A stretch of 64,000 nucleotides of DNA from Bacteroidota bacterium (GCA_003250475.1 QKGI01000064.1:1629-65628); one strand, 5' to 3'; shown: positions 46,575-56,019, counted from the stretch's first letter. The notes: generated from the sequence alone by a model not told the origin. Numbers and translations: made by a program.

Positions 46575-47252
46575 ATGAATGAAAGAAAAAAAATACTGGC
46601 AGTTGATGATGAGGAGGATATCCTTGAGATCCTCTCCTTCAACCTAGCTGCTGAAGGATATGACGTAGACACCTGTACCTCGGCGGAGGAGGCCCTGCGT
46701 AAGAACCTGGCATCATATGACCTGCTTATCCTGGATGTGATGATGAGTCATGTCTCCGGCTTCCGGCTGGCGGAAAAAATCAGGAAAGAACTCTCACTGG
46801 CAACACCTGTAATATTCCTCACCGCCAGGGATACGGAAAACGACAGGATCACAGGATTCAGCCTCGGCGCTGACGACTACCTGGCCAAACCATTCAGTAT
46901 CAGGGAACTGACTGCAAGAGTGAAGGCCGTACTGCGCAGGTCGGCACCGGCCCGCATGACCAGGACCACACCGGCAGGCAGCTTCACCATCGATACCGAA
47001 AACAAGACTGTCTATTCTGACGGGAAACCCCTGGGGTTGACCCGCAAGGAGTATGAGATACTCTCGCTGTTATTGCGCAGCGAGGGCAAGATCTATTCAA
47101 GGAACGAGATACTGTCAAGAGCATGGGGCGATGATGTCATTGTCACTGACAGGACAGTTGACGTTACGATTGCGCGCATCAGGAAGAAGCTTGGTGTGAA
47201 TGGCAACATGATTAAAAATAAATCGGGTTACGGATATTACCTGGGCGAATGA
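46575..47252 (+). CDS. OmpR/PhoB-family response regulator (PhoB-like by context)
   Basis: Receiver 'ILAVDDEEDILE...LLILDVMM'. Winged-helix 'LTRKEYEILSLL...RTVDVTIARIRKKL'. Downstream of pstSCAB-phoU. Confidence 0.8.
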   Translation: MNERKKILAVDDEEDILEILSFNLAAEGYDVDTCTSAEEALRKNLASYDLLILDVMMSHVSGFRLAEKIRKELSLATPVIFLTARDTENDRITGFSLGADDYLAKPFSIRELTARVKAVLRRSAPARMTRTTPAGSFTIDTENKTVYSDGKPLGLTRKEYEILSLLLRSEGKIYSRNEILSRAWGDDVIVTDRTVDVTIARIRKKLGVNGNMIKNKSGYGYYLGE

Positions 47253-47264
47253 AAATATGTTCCT

Positions 47265-49025
47265 ATGACAGAAAGTAGAAGCTACAGACGAAAACTTTTC
47301 CTTTACTACTTCAGCATCTTCCTGCTATTCTCAGTGGTGATTCTTGCATTCCAGTACCATCGTGAGAAAAAGATCAGGATTGCTGCCCTCGATACCAGGC
47401 TGAATGACATGACATTGCTTGTCGATAACTATATAAAAGTGAACTCCCTGTTTGAGACTGGTAACTACAGGCTTATAGACTCCATCTTCAACCTGATACC
47501 TGTACCCGACCTGCGCATCACCATTATAGCCATTGACGGCACAGTACTATATGACAGTTCGGTGGACGACTGGTCTGCTATGGAGAATCACCTGAGGCGG
47601 CCAGAGGTGGGTAAATCGCTTTATTCACCTTACAGCACGGCAGTGCGACGGTCAGACTCTACAGGCAAGGAGTATTACTATCTGTCGAGATACTTCAGCA
47701 ACTACTATATCAGGCTTGCGGAAGAGTATAACATCAATATAAAAGGATTTCTCAAGCGTGAGCAGGTGTTCCTGCTCTTTATGGGGGTAGTGTTTCTATG
47801 TATATGGGCGCTCCTGGCTGCCGTAACACGCCAGATGGGAAAAAGCATCACCATGCTGCGCGATTTTGCTGCACGTATGCGACGCGGTGAAGGAAACGAC
47901 AGGTCGATCATCTTCCCCAGGAACGAGATCGGAGAGACAGGTAAGGAGATTGTAAGAATCTACAAGAACCTTGCGCAGAACACTGCCGAGCTCACCCTCC
48001 AGAAGGAAAAGCTCTTCAGGCATCTCCATGTCCTGAATGAGGGTGTAGCCTTCTGTGCTCCTGACAGGACAGTGACCTTCTCAAACAGCCACTTCATGGT
48101 GTTCCTGAATGCCATCACCGGAGAACACTCTCTCACACCCGACGGCTTCATCGACCATCCCCTTTTTGCCGGGATAAAATCGTTCCTCGACAACCATCAG
48201 AATACCGATGTCCGCAAACAGGAGAATCCATCCACCGAGATAAGGGCGGAAAAGGGAGGCAAATATTTCGGCATAAGATGCATTCTCTTTAACGACAACA
48301 GTTTCGAGGTTGTCATTACTGATATCACCAGGGCTGAACAGAACAGGGCCATGCGGCAGCAGATGACCTCCAACATAGCTCATGAGCTCAAGACCCCGAT
48401 AGCTTCAGTGAGAGGATACCTTGAAACACTGATAGTCAACAGGTCGCTCGATGAAGAGAAGAAACTGCACTTCCTTGAGAAAGCTCTGTCACAGTCTACC
48501 CGGCTCACGGATCTTATCAATGATATAGTCACCCTGAACAAGCTTGATGAGACAGGCAGCAACTTCCCGTTTGAAGATGTTGATATTGCAGGGGTGGTAA
48601 GAGAGGTGAATGACAACCTCCAGACAGCCATAGGGAAGAAGAAAATAACCGTTGAAATCGACATAGAACCGGGTACCGTTATCAATGCCAACAGGTCGCT
48701 GATAGTCTCAGTATTCCAGAACCTGATGGAAAATGCCATTGCCTATGCCGGTGAGAATGTCACGGTAACGGTCAGGAGCATTGCCGGGGAGCCGGGATTC
48801 AGCACATTCTCATTTGCTGATAACGGCATCGGGATACCCGAGGAGCATCAGCCAAGGATCTTCGAGAGGTTCTACAGGATTGACGACGGCCGTTCACGAA
48901 AGAGCGGTGGCACAGGGCTTGGACTTGCCATTGTCAAGAATGCCGTGCTGCTTCATAAGGGAGAAATCTCCGTACGAAGCAGGCCCGGAGGAGGAGTTGA
49001 ATTCATCATTGCAATACCGAAGTAA
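47265..49025 (+). CDS. Sensor histidine kinase (PhoR-like by context)
   Basis: Two TM segments flanking an extracytoplasmic domain. H-box 'SNIAHELKTPIASVRGY'. 'FQNLMENAIAY', 'DNGIGIP', 'GGTGLGLAIVK'. Confidence 0.8.
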   Translation: MTESRSYRRKLFLYYFSIFLLFSVVILAFQYHREKKIRIAALDTRLNDMTLLVDNYIKVNSLFETGNYRLIDSIFNLIPVPDLRITIIAIDGTVLYDSSVDDWSAMENHLRRPEVGKSLYSPYSTAVRRSDSTGKEYYYLSRYFSNYYIRLAEEYNINIKGFLKREQVFLLFMGVVFLCIWALLAAVTRQMGKSITMLRDFAARMRRGEGNDRSIIFPRNEIGETGKEIVRIYKNLAQNTAELTLQKEKLFRHLHVLNEGVAFCAPDRTVTFSNSHFMVFLNAITGEHSLTPDGFIDHPLFAGIKSFLDNHQNTDVRKQENPSTEIRAEKGGKYFGIRCILFNDNSFEVVITDITRAEQNRAMRQQMTSNIAHELKTPIASVRGYLETLIVNRSLDEEKKLHFLEKALSQSTRLTDLINDIVTLNKLDETGSNFPFEDVDIAGVVREVNDNLQTAIGKKKITVEIDIEPGTVINANRSLIVSVFQNLMENAIAYAGENVTVTVRSIAGEPGFSTFSFADNGIGIPEEHQPRIFERFYRIDDGRSRKSGGTGLGLAIVKNAVLLHKGEISVRSRPGGGVEFIIAIPK

Positions 49026-49072
49026 GATAGCTCCCTCTTCCTGACGAAGATTAATCCTTCGCTCGCTACCCG

Positions 49073-49297
49073 ACCGCATGACTGCATGACTGCATGACTG
49101 CAAGACTTCAGACCTTCAGATTGAAGAGCGAAGCTCTGAAACCCCGCACACGAAGTGTCGGGGCCTTCAGACTTCAGACCTTCAGACGGAGCCCCGCACC
49201 GCGGGGCGACAGACTGCATGACTGCAAGACCGCATGACTGCAAGACTTCAGACCTTCAGACCTTCAGACTTCAGACCTTCAGACCTCAGACCCTGAC
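49073..49297 (-). repeat. Mosaic GTC-unit array D (largest, two sub-elements)
   Basis: CGCATGAC/TGCATGAC/TGCAAGAC and CTTCAGAC units. Hairpins at 49126-49136 (GAGC GAA GCTC), 49142-49163 and 49191-49207 (GCCCCGC acc GCGGGGC). Abuts the selD stop codon. Confidence 0.9.
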
Positions 49298-49298
49298 C

Positions 49299-50336
49299 TC
49301 ACCCCAGCACCAGCACCTCTTTCTCCCTCTTCACCGCCTCACCTATAACCGATGCCTCCGGGTGCCCGGCAGCATGCAGCTCCTGCAGCAGACCGGCGGC
49401 CCTGTCAGGGGCGATGGCCATCAGCAGGCCACCGGAGGTCTGAGCATCATGAGCTATCATCCTGAGATTGTAATCAAGCCCTTCCCTGAATCCCGTCTCT
49501 GCCTCTGTGTATTCAAGGTTTCTGAAGGCAGCCCCGGGGATGCATCCCTGTTGTGCCAGGCCATAGGTACCCTCTATCAGCGGCACCCTGTCGAGCGTGA
49601 GGCGTATTGTCACACCTGATGCCCGTGCCATCTTCAGCGCATGCCCCGCCAGTCCGAACCCCGTGATGTCTGTCGCTCCCCTCACCCCGTAATTCTGCAT
49701 CAGCCGGGCCCCGTCGTTGTTAAGACGCATCATCATCTTCCTGGCCCCGTCTGTCTGGCCGGCACCGGTCATATTCAGCCTGTGCCCGGCCAGTATGATC
49801 CCGGCACCGACAGGCTTGGTTAGGATGAGCTTATCTCCCTCCCTGACTCCTGCATTTGTAATTACCCTGTCAGGATGAACGGTGCCTATTACTGCAAGAC
49901 CGTATTTAGGGGGGTAGTCGTCTATGCTGTGACCCCCGATGATGCTTACTCCTGCTTCACGGGCCTTGTCATACCCTCCCCTGATAATATCAGAATAGAC
50001 CTCCAGGGGAATGGTGGCGGAAGGAAACATCATGATGTTAAGGGCCAGGAGGGGTGTGCCTCCCATAGCATAAACATCGCTTATCGAGTTTGTGGCCGCA
50101 ATGAGCCCGAAATCGTAGCCATCACTGACCATCGGCGGGAAAAAGTCGGTGGTGAACACAAGAGCCAGTTCATCCGTCAGGCGGTAAACTCCGGCATCAT
50201 CGTGGGTGGCAATATCAACAAGTATCTTCGGGTCAACAGGCAGGGGCAGGTCTTTCAACAGCGCCTCAAGCTGCCCGGGAGGTATCTTGGATGAGCAACC
50301 CCCCGTCTCTACGGTTGTAAGCAGGTTAAATGCCAT
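49299..50336 (-). CDS. selD: Selenide, water dikinase
   Basis: N-terminal 'GGCSSKIPPGQL' (Cys-type active-site loop). PurM-like 'DDAGVY...DFF', 'SDVYAMGGTPLLAL'. Confidence 0.85.
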   Translation of the reverse strand: MAFNLLTTVETGGCSSKIPPGQLEALLKDLPLPVDPKILVDIATHDDAGVYRLTDELALVFTTDFFPPMVSDGYDFGLIAATNSISDVYAMGGTPLLALNIMMFPSATIPLEVYSDIIRGGYDKAREAGVSIIGGHSIDDYPPKYGLAVIGTVHPDRVITNAGVREGDKLILTKPVGAGIILAGHRLNMTGAGQTDGARKMMMRLNNDGARLMQNYGVRGATDITGFGLAGHALKMARASGVTIRLTLDRVPLIEGTYGLAQQGCIPGAAFRNLEYTEAETGFREGLDYNLRMIAHDAQTSGGLLMAIAPDRAAGLLQELHAAGHPEASVIGEAVKREKEVLVLG

Positions 50337-50344
50337 GGTTTCTG

Positions 50345-50965
50345 TCAGGGACGGATAATATGATCCGCATCCTTGAGGATGTTGAGTATCTGGTACATAT
50401 CGCTGAAACTGCCGACCGGCAAACGGTCCTTAATGCCGAAATGGTTTATGCAGGTGGAACAGAGGTATATTCCTGTACCCTTTTCTATTAATTCCCTGAT
50501 ATGATCGAGTACCGGTGAATCATCCATGGCAAGCTTCACCCCGGCATTATAGAACACCACGGAGTCAGGTGCAGGTTCCAGCATGACCATTGTCCTGAAG
50601 AACGATATCATCAGTTTCGTGCCGAGCGTATCGTCACCGTCGCCCATCTTGTCAGAGGTAACAGCCACCACGGTAACTCTCTTGCCCGTGGAGGGTGATG
50701 TGGGTTCTGTGGTACAGTACTCAGTCTCATTGGCCGCCAGGGTGGTTTGATCTCCCCTGCCCACTGTGACGATGGAGAGGCCTCCCTCCTCCTTAACGGT
50801 AAAGTCGAGCTTATTGTCAGCCAGGTATCTCTTCACATTACTCAATGACACAGGATTATCAATTACCACCTGGACATCCTCCCCCGGCGCCGCCTCTGTC
50901 AGCCCCTGGCGTGTCTTAATAAGAGGTGCCGGACATGTAAGTCCGCGTGTATCAACTATCTTCAT
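50345..50965 (-). CDS. yedF: YedF-like selenium-metabolism protein (TusA/SirA domain + DsrE-like domain)
   Basis: 'DTRGLTCPAPLIKTRQGL' CPxP TusA motif. About 200 aa. Directly upstream of selD. Confidence 0.7.
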   Translation of the reverse strand: MKIVDTRGLTCPAPLIKTRQGLTEAAPGEDVQVVIDNPVSLSNVKRYLADNKLDFTVKEEGGLSIVTVGRGDQTTLAANETEYCTTEPTSPSTGKRVTVVAVTSDKMGDGDDTLGTKLMISFFRTMVMLEPAPDSVVFYNAGVKLAMDDSPVLDHIRELIEKGTGIYLCSTCINHFGIKDRLPVGSFSDMYQILNILKDADHIIRP

Positions 50966-51143
50966 TTATCCGATTTAGCCCACAAATATAGCCAGAAATG
51001 GCTATTTTTGAAAGTCAATTAATCTGTGCCATGAAACCCGCATCACCTCAAAACATAACAAGTGTTGAACGAAACGTGGCACCATGTGAATTCTCATTCT
51101 TTGCGGGGCATTGTCTCATCTCTTATCACCAAATTTTATTCAG

Positions 51144-52562
51144 ATGAAGAAGTATAGTCTGTTTTTGCTATTGTCGGCACTGTGCATAGGAACAGCGGCA
51201 GGACAGCCCTCCCTGAAAGATATAGAAGGCTCATGGTCCGGCGTTTTAAAAACCATTGCCGGTGATTTGAACCTGGTACTTCATTTCACGATGACCGAAG
51301 CAGATACCATCAGTGCCACCCTCGACTCACCTGACCAGGGAGCGAAAGGCATACCATGCGGCAGGGTAAGTCTGGAGGATGACACTGTTTGTGCTGATAT
51401 ACCCGTTATCAAGGGACAATATAAAGGCGTTTACGATGGAGATTCACTCCTCCGGGGAACATGGACCCAGCTGGGCAGGAGCTATGAGATGACACTGAGA
51501 AGAGGCGCTGCCCCGGTGACTTATAACCGCCCGCAGGAGCCTGAGCCTCCCTATCCATACCGTGTTGAGGAGGTTACTTTCCATAATGCAGCGGAGGATT
51601 TTGACCTGGCGGGCACACTGACACTGCCTGAGGGTGACGGGCCTTTCCCTGCGGTTGTCCTTATCACAGGATCGGGACCCCAGGACCGTGATGAGACAAT
51701 CTTCATGCATAAGCCTTTTCTTGTCATTGCCGATCACCTGACACGTAATGGTATTGCCGTGTTGCGGTATGATGACAGGGGCACCGGCAAATCGAAGGGA
51801 AGGATGAATGATGCTACCACACTGACCCTGGCAGACGATGCGGAGGCAGCCGTAACATACCTGCTGCTGCGCCCTGAGATAGACAGGAACAAAGTAGGCC
51901 TGGCAGGTCACAGCGAGGGTGGGATGATCGCGCCGATAGTGGCTTCGCGAAACAGCCACATTGCATTCATCGTTTCACTTGCCGGCCCGGGTGTGAAGGG
52001 TTATGACATACTGCTGCAGCAGGCCCGTGACATCCTGACCGCAACAGGAGCGAGCGAAGCGGAGATATCGGAGACAACAGCCACCAACAGCAGGCTCTTC
52101 AAAATGGCCGTCGAGGTGCAGGACCAGCGCCAGTTTGCAAAGGATGCGATGGCCTGGTATGGCAGTGAACTTGATAAACAGGGACTCGGAGTGGAAGAAC
52201 GCAAGGAGAAGATGACAGCTTTCACCCAGGGACTGGTATCGGTTAATAACCCATGGATGAGATACTTCATCGACACTGATCCTTCACAGTTCTGGGCGGG
52301 GGTGAAATGCCCGGTGCTGGCGATGAACGGGGAAAAGGACCTGCAGGTGAACTGTGGGATAAACCTTCCGGCAATAAAAGGAGCTGTCATCAAAGGCGGA
52401 AACAGGAAGATAAAGACGGTGGCGATACCGGGATTGAACCACCTCTTCCAGACCGCCGATAAGGGATCTCCCGATGAATATGTAAAGATCGGGGAGACCT
52501 TCTCCCCCGCTGCTCTCGACATTATTACGGACTGGATAAGGAAGACATTGAAGATGAGGTAG
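51144..52562 (+). CDS. Secreted alpha/beta hydrolase
   Basis: Start at 'MKKYSLFLLLSALCIGTAAGQ'. Nucleophile elbow 'GLAGHSEGG'. 'ITGSGPQDRDE' is typical of the S9/dienelactone-hydrolase-like group. Confidence 0.75.
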   Translation: MKKYSLFLLLSALCIGTAAGQPSLKDIEGSWSGVLKTIAGDLNLVLHFTMTEADTISATLDSPDQGAKGIPCGRVSLEDDTVCADIPVIKGQYKGVYDGDSLLRGTWTQLGRSYEMTLRRGAAPVTYNRPQEPEPPYPYRVEEVTFHNAAEDFDLAGTLTLPEGDGPFPAVVLITGSGPQDRDETIFMHKPFLVIADHLTRNGIAVLRYDDRGTGKSKGRMNDATTLTLADDAEAAVTYLLLRPEIDRNKVGLAGHSEGGMIAPIVASRNSHIAFIVSLAGPGVKGYDILLQQARDILTATGASEAEISETTATNSRLFKMAVEVQDQRQFAKDAMAWYGSELDKQGLGVEERKEKMTAFTQGLVSVNNPWMRYFIDTDPSQFWAGVKCPVLAMNGEKDLQVNCGINLPAIKGAVIKGGNRKIKTVAIPGLNHLFQTADKGSPDEYVKIGETFSPAALDIITDWIRKTLKMR

Positions 52563-52579
52563 GGATTGTGTTGAATATT

Positions 52580-52736
52580 GTCTTGCAGTCTTGCAGTCTT
52601 GCGGTCGTGCGGTCGTGCGGTCGTGCGGTCTGTCGCCCCGCAGGGCGGGGCTCCGTCTGAGGTCGGAAGGTCTGAAGGTCTGAAGTCTGAAGGTCTGAGG
52701 TCGGAAGGTCTGAGGTCGGAAGGTCTGAGGTCGGAG
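52580..52736 (+). repeat. Mosaic GTC-unit array E
   Basis: GTCTTGCA x2, GTCTTGCG, GTCGTGCG x3, core GTCTGTCGCCCCGCaggGCGGGGCTCC (52628-52654), then GTCTGAGG/GTCGGAAG/GTCTGAAG units. Lies between convergent stop codons (17 nt and 4 nt gaps). Confidence 0.9.
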
Positions 52737-52740
52737 CTGG

Positions 52741-53718
52741 TTATTTCCTGCCTGCTGACTGGAGCCTCACAATGACCTTGCGTCCTGCAGCCTTCATGCC
52801 TCCTGACGCGTCATTGATGGCCAGCTGTACCAGTCCGGTCACCTCGTTGATCATATCGGGATATAGCCCGCAGAAGGATGCCAGTATCTCCATCCCGTAT
52901 GCCCTGGGCGCCACCGGTGTGTTTCTCTCCCGCATTATTGACATGCAGTAGTCAATAAGAACTGTATGATGAGACTGTGGTATGTCATTTATGTCGCTTC
53001 TCATGATCACCCTCATGAACGACCTCTGGACGCTCTCATTGGGCACCACGGGCAGAGCATCTATCATCATCGCCAGGTAGGGCGAAAGCAAAGCAGGGTT
53101 AATATCCGATACTTTCGAGAGGGCCCAGGACGACATGAAGCCTACACGCTTCTCCCTGCTTGACGACAGGGTTACCAGTTGTGACAGCAGGGTGGCGTCA
53201 GCGGCAGCCGAACCGGCTATCATGGTTATCTCCTCCGTACTGGTTACCCGTCCCATCATCCTGGCCATCTCATCCCCGGCCTCAGCAGTAACAACCGGGT
53301 CCGGGCTCTCCTGATCCGTGATGGTAAAATCGATATGCACTGATGAGTATTGTTTTGCCACAGGTATGTCTGCCGCCGTCATGTCAAGGCTGGTCAGCTC
53401 ATCAGGTTTCATCCACCGGTAATCGTCATGTTCCCTCAGCTGTGGCTTGGTACTAAGCGTCTCGCATAGAAAAGGTATCAGCCTGATCTGCCTGTCGCCG
53501 TAATCATATTCAACACTGTCAAGGCTACCTGTAATGATAATATTCATGCCAAGCTCCTCGTCAATCTCCCTGATTATGCAATCCTCATGATCCTCTCCCG
53601 GCATGGTCTTTCCACCGGGAAACTCCCACTTTCCGCTGTTGGCCATTCCCGGGCCACGTCTTACGGCAAGTACCAGCCCGTCATCATTGCGTATCACCGC
53701 ACAGGTCACATCAGTCAT
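52741..53718 (-). CDS. NUDIX hydrolase (MutT-like) fused to a C-terminal alpha-helical domain of unknown function
   Basis: Nudix box 'GKWEFPGGKTMPGEDHEDCIIREIDEELG'. The remaining ~190 aa are helical-repeat-like. Confidence 0.75.
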   Translation of the reverse strand: MTDVTCAVIRNDDGLVLAVRRGPGMANSGKWEFPGGKTMPGEDHEDCIIREIDEELGMNIIITGSLDSVEYDYGDRQIRLIPFLCETLSTKPQLREHDDYRWMKPDELTSLDMTAADIPVAKQYSSVHIDFTITDQESPDPVVTAEAGDEMARMMGRVTSTEEITMIAGSAAADATLLSQLVTLSSSREKRVGFMSSWALSKVSDINPALLSPYLAMMIDALPVVPNESVQRSFMRVIMRSDINDIPQSHHTVLIDYCMSIMRERNTPVAPRAYGMEILASFCGLYPDMINEVTGLVQLAINDASGGMKAAGRKVIVRLQSAGRK

Positions 53719-54179
53719 TGCTGCCGGCTTGTAATAGTGACATAATCAGGTATATTATCAAGAAGAGCAAATGTATGCGCATCCATATCCACCCTGCCGG
53801 CAAAATGTGTTATGCCATTTGTAACCACAAGGTATCTCACGCCGTAGTTGAAATTGTAGTTGATGATCTGGTCAAAGACCTCCTGGCTGATCTTCACCTG
53901 CGGAGCCTTGCATTCGACGATCATTACCGGATCTCCGGCCCTGTCATGAACCAGTATGTCTGCCCTGCGAAGCATCGAATGGAGTCTGAAAGAGGCCTCA
54001 ATGCTGATCAGTCCCGGAGGGTAACCAAGATATTCAATGAGATAGCAGACAAAGTGCTGTCTTACCTGTTCTTCAGGCGTAAGCGTCACATACTTCCTCC
54101 TTACAGGGTCAAAGATGAGCCTGTTCTCAGGACCATCTTTTATGGTCAATGAACATGGAGGCAGTTTCAGCGGTTTCAA
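53715..54179 (-). CDS. HsdR_N-like (type I restriction enzyme R N-terminal domain) small protein
   Basis: 'EEQVRQHFVCYL...RADILVHDRAGDPVMIVECKAP' shows PD-(D/E)xK-like 'D...ECK'. 4-bp overlap with the NUDIX gene. Confidence 0.6.
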   Translation of the reverse strand: MKPLKLPPCSLTIKDGPENRLIFDPVRRKYVTLTPEEQVRQHFVCYLIEYLGYPPGLISIEASFRLHSMLRRADILVHDRAGDPVMIVECKAPQVKISQEVFDQIINYNFNYGVRYLVVTNGITHFAGRVDMDAHTFALLDNIPDYVTITSRQQ

Positions 54180-54241
54180 CTTTTATTGTATTTTTGGTTA
54201 CGCTTAGCAAGGGCAAATATAAACAAACAGCAACGGAGATC

Positions 54242-55012
54242 ATGAGAACCAAGGAAGATATAGTTAACAACTGGCTGCCGCGCTATACAGGCAAGACCCT
54301 GGATACGTTCGGTGATTTTATCCTGCTGGTTAACTTCACCCTTTATGTCGAGATGTTCGCCAAATGGCATAATGTGGAGGTTGAGGGCAGGGACAAGAAC
54401 TGGCCCAGTGCCACTGCGGACGGGATCAGCATCATAAACTTCGGGATGGGCAGTCCTAATGCCGCTACGATCATGGACCTCCTTAGTGCCATCCAGCCCA
54501 AAGCCGTCCTCTTTCTTGGCAAGTGCGGCGGTCTGAAGAAAAAGAACAAGCTTGGTGATCTGATACTGCCTATCGCTGCTATAAGGAGCGATGGTACCTC
54601 GAACGATTATCTTCCGCAGGAGATCCCGGCACTGCCGGCATTCAAGCTCCAGAGCGCCGTCTCGGCTGCCATTGTCAGGAACTCTCTCGAGTACTGGACC
54701 GGGACGGTATATACAACCAACAGGCGCGTCTGGGAGTATGATGACCGCTTTAAAAAATACCTTGTTAAGACAAGGGCCATGGCCATCGATATGGAGACAG
54801 CAACCATCTTCACGGTAGGCTTTGCCAATGAGATACCTACGGGGGCCCTTCTCCTTGTCTCCGACCAGCCTATGATCTCTACAGGCATCAAGACGGAACT
54901 GAGCGACATCAAGGTGACATCACAGTTTGCCGAGACACACCTCCGCATCGGGATTCAGGCCCTGACAGAGATAAAGGATAACGGAATATCTGTTAAACAT
55001 CTGCGGTTCTGA
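54242..55012 (+). CDS. Nucleoside phosphorylase-fold protein (AMP nucleosidase-like)
   Basis: PNP_UDP_1-like 'NFGMGSPNAATIMDLL', 'FLGKCGGL', 'AIDMETATIF'. Start moved to the Met at 54242. Confidence 0.6.
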   Translation: MRTKEDIVNNWLPRYTGKTLDTFGDFILLVNFTLYVEMFAKWHNVEVEGRDKNWPSATADGISIINFGMGSPNAATIMDLLSAIQPKAVLFLGKCGGLKKKNKLGDLILPIAAIRSDGTSNDYLPQEIPALPAFKLQSAVSAAIVRNSLEYWTGTVYTTNRRVWEYDDRFKKYLVKTRAMAIDMETATIFTVGFANEIPTGALLLVSDQPMISTGIKTELSDIKVTSQFAETHLRIGIQALTEIKDNGISVKHLRF

Positions 55013-56019
55013 TGGCTGCCGATTACAAAGAGATTGTCAGGGACCTGAAAAACAGGATCTACAAACCGGTCTATTTTCTTGCCGGCAAGGAGCCATATTA
55101 CATAGACCTTATAACAGATTATATTGAAGAAAAGGTCCTCGATGAGTCGGAGAAGGCTTTCAACCAGACCGTCCTCTACGGGCTTGACGTGTCGGTGACA
55201 CAGGTGATCGAGACATGCCGCCGTTTTCCGATGATGTCGAACCAGCAGGTAGTGGTTGTGCGTGAAGCACAGAAGATGAAGAAGATAGACGACCTGCTTG
55301 TATATGTCGAAAACCCTCTCAACTCAACCATACTTGTCATTGCCTATAAGTATGAGGACCTTGACAAACGCAAATCGTTGTATAAATCACTCTCAAAAAA
55401 GGGATGGTATTTTGAGTCGGACAAGGTACCCGAGTACCAGATCCCGGGATGGATTGACAGGTATCTTACTGACAGGGGCATTATGACCGGTACGGATGCC
55501 TCCCGGCTGCTGTCGGAGTTTCTCGGTAATGACCTCGGCAAGATCGCGAATGAGCTTGACAAGCTGATCATCTCGCTTCCGAAGGAGAACCCGCGCATTA
55601 CTACCGGGCTTATTGAAAAGAGCATAGGCATCAGCAAGGACTACAGTCCCAACGAGCTGTGGAAAGCCATTGTATACCGCGATCCGCTCAAGGCAGCCAG
55701 GGTAGTCAACTACTACTCGGCCCACTCCAAGAAGGAGATAATACCTCTTATCTTTCCGGTGCTCTTCTCCAGCTTCAGCCGTGTTCTGATCTTTCACAGC
55801 CTCAAGGACAGGACCGACAGCAACGTGGTGGCGATGCTGAAGACCTACCCGGGCTACGTCAGGGATTTCCGGGCGGCGGCAGCGCTTTATAACGCAGGAG
55901 CCTGTATGAACATCATCACTCTGATACGTTCATATGACCTCAAGGCAAAGGGGTTCGGCGAGGCAGGCAGTGATACCGGCGACCTGCTGCGGGAGCTGGT
56001 TTTTAAGATCATGCATTGA
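55012..56019 (+). CDS. holA: DNA polymerase III delta subunit
   Basis: 335 aa. 'PVYFLAGKEPYYID', 'VVVVREAQ'. Helical C-terminus typical of HolA. Confidence 0.75.
   Translation: MAADYKEIVRDLKNRIYKPVYFLAGKEPYYIDLITDYIEEKVLDESEKAFNQTVLYGLDVSVTQVIETCRRFPMMSNQQVVVVREAQKMKKIDDLLVYVENPLNSTILVIAYKYEDLDKRKSLYKSLSKKGWYFESDKVPEYQIPGWIDRYLTDRGIMTGTDASRLLSEFLGNDLGKIANELDKLIISLPKENPRITTGLIEKSIGISKDYSPNELWKAIVYRDPLKAARVVNYYSAHSKKEIIPLIFPVLFSSFSRVLIFHSLKDRTDSNVVAMLKTYPGYVRDFRAAAALYNAGACMNIITLIRSYDLKAKGFGEAGSDTGDLLRELVFKIMH

Noticed and set aside
49299-50336. Selenocysteine-containing SelD
   Set aside because: The active-site loop is encoded with Cys (GGCSSK) and the ORF has no in-frame TGA.
53715-54179. 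Type I restriction-modification system
   Set aside because: Only a 154-aa HsdR_N-like domain protein is present. There is no helicase/ATPase part of HsdR and no hsdM or hsdS nearby.
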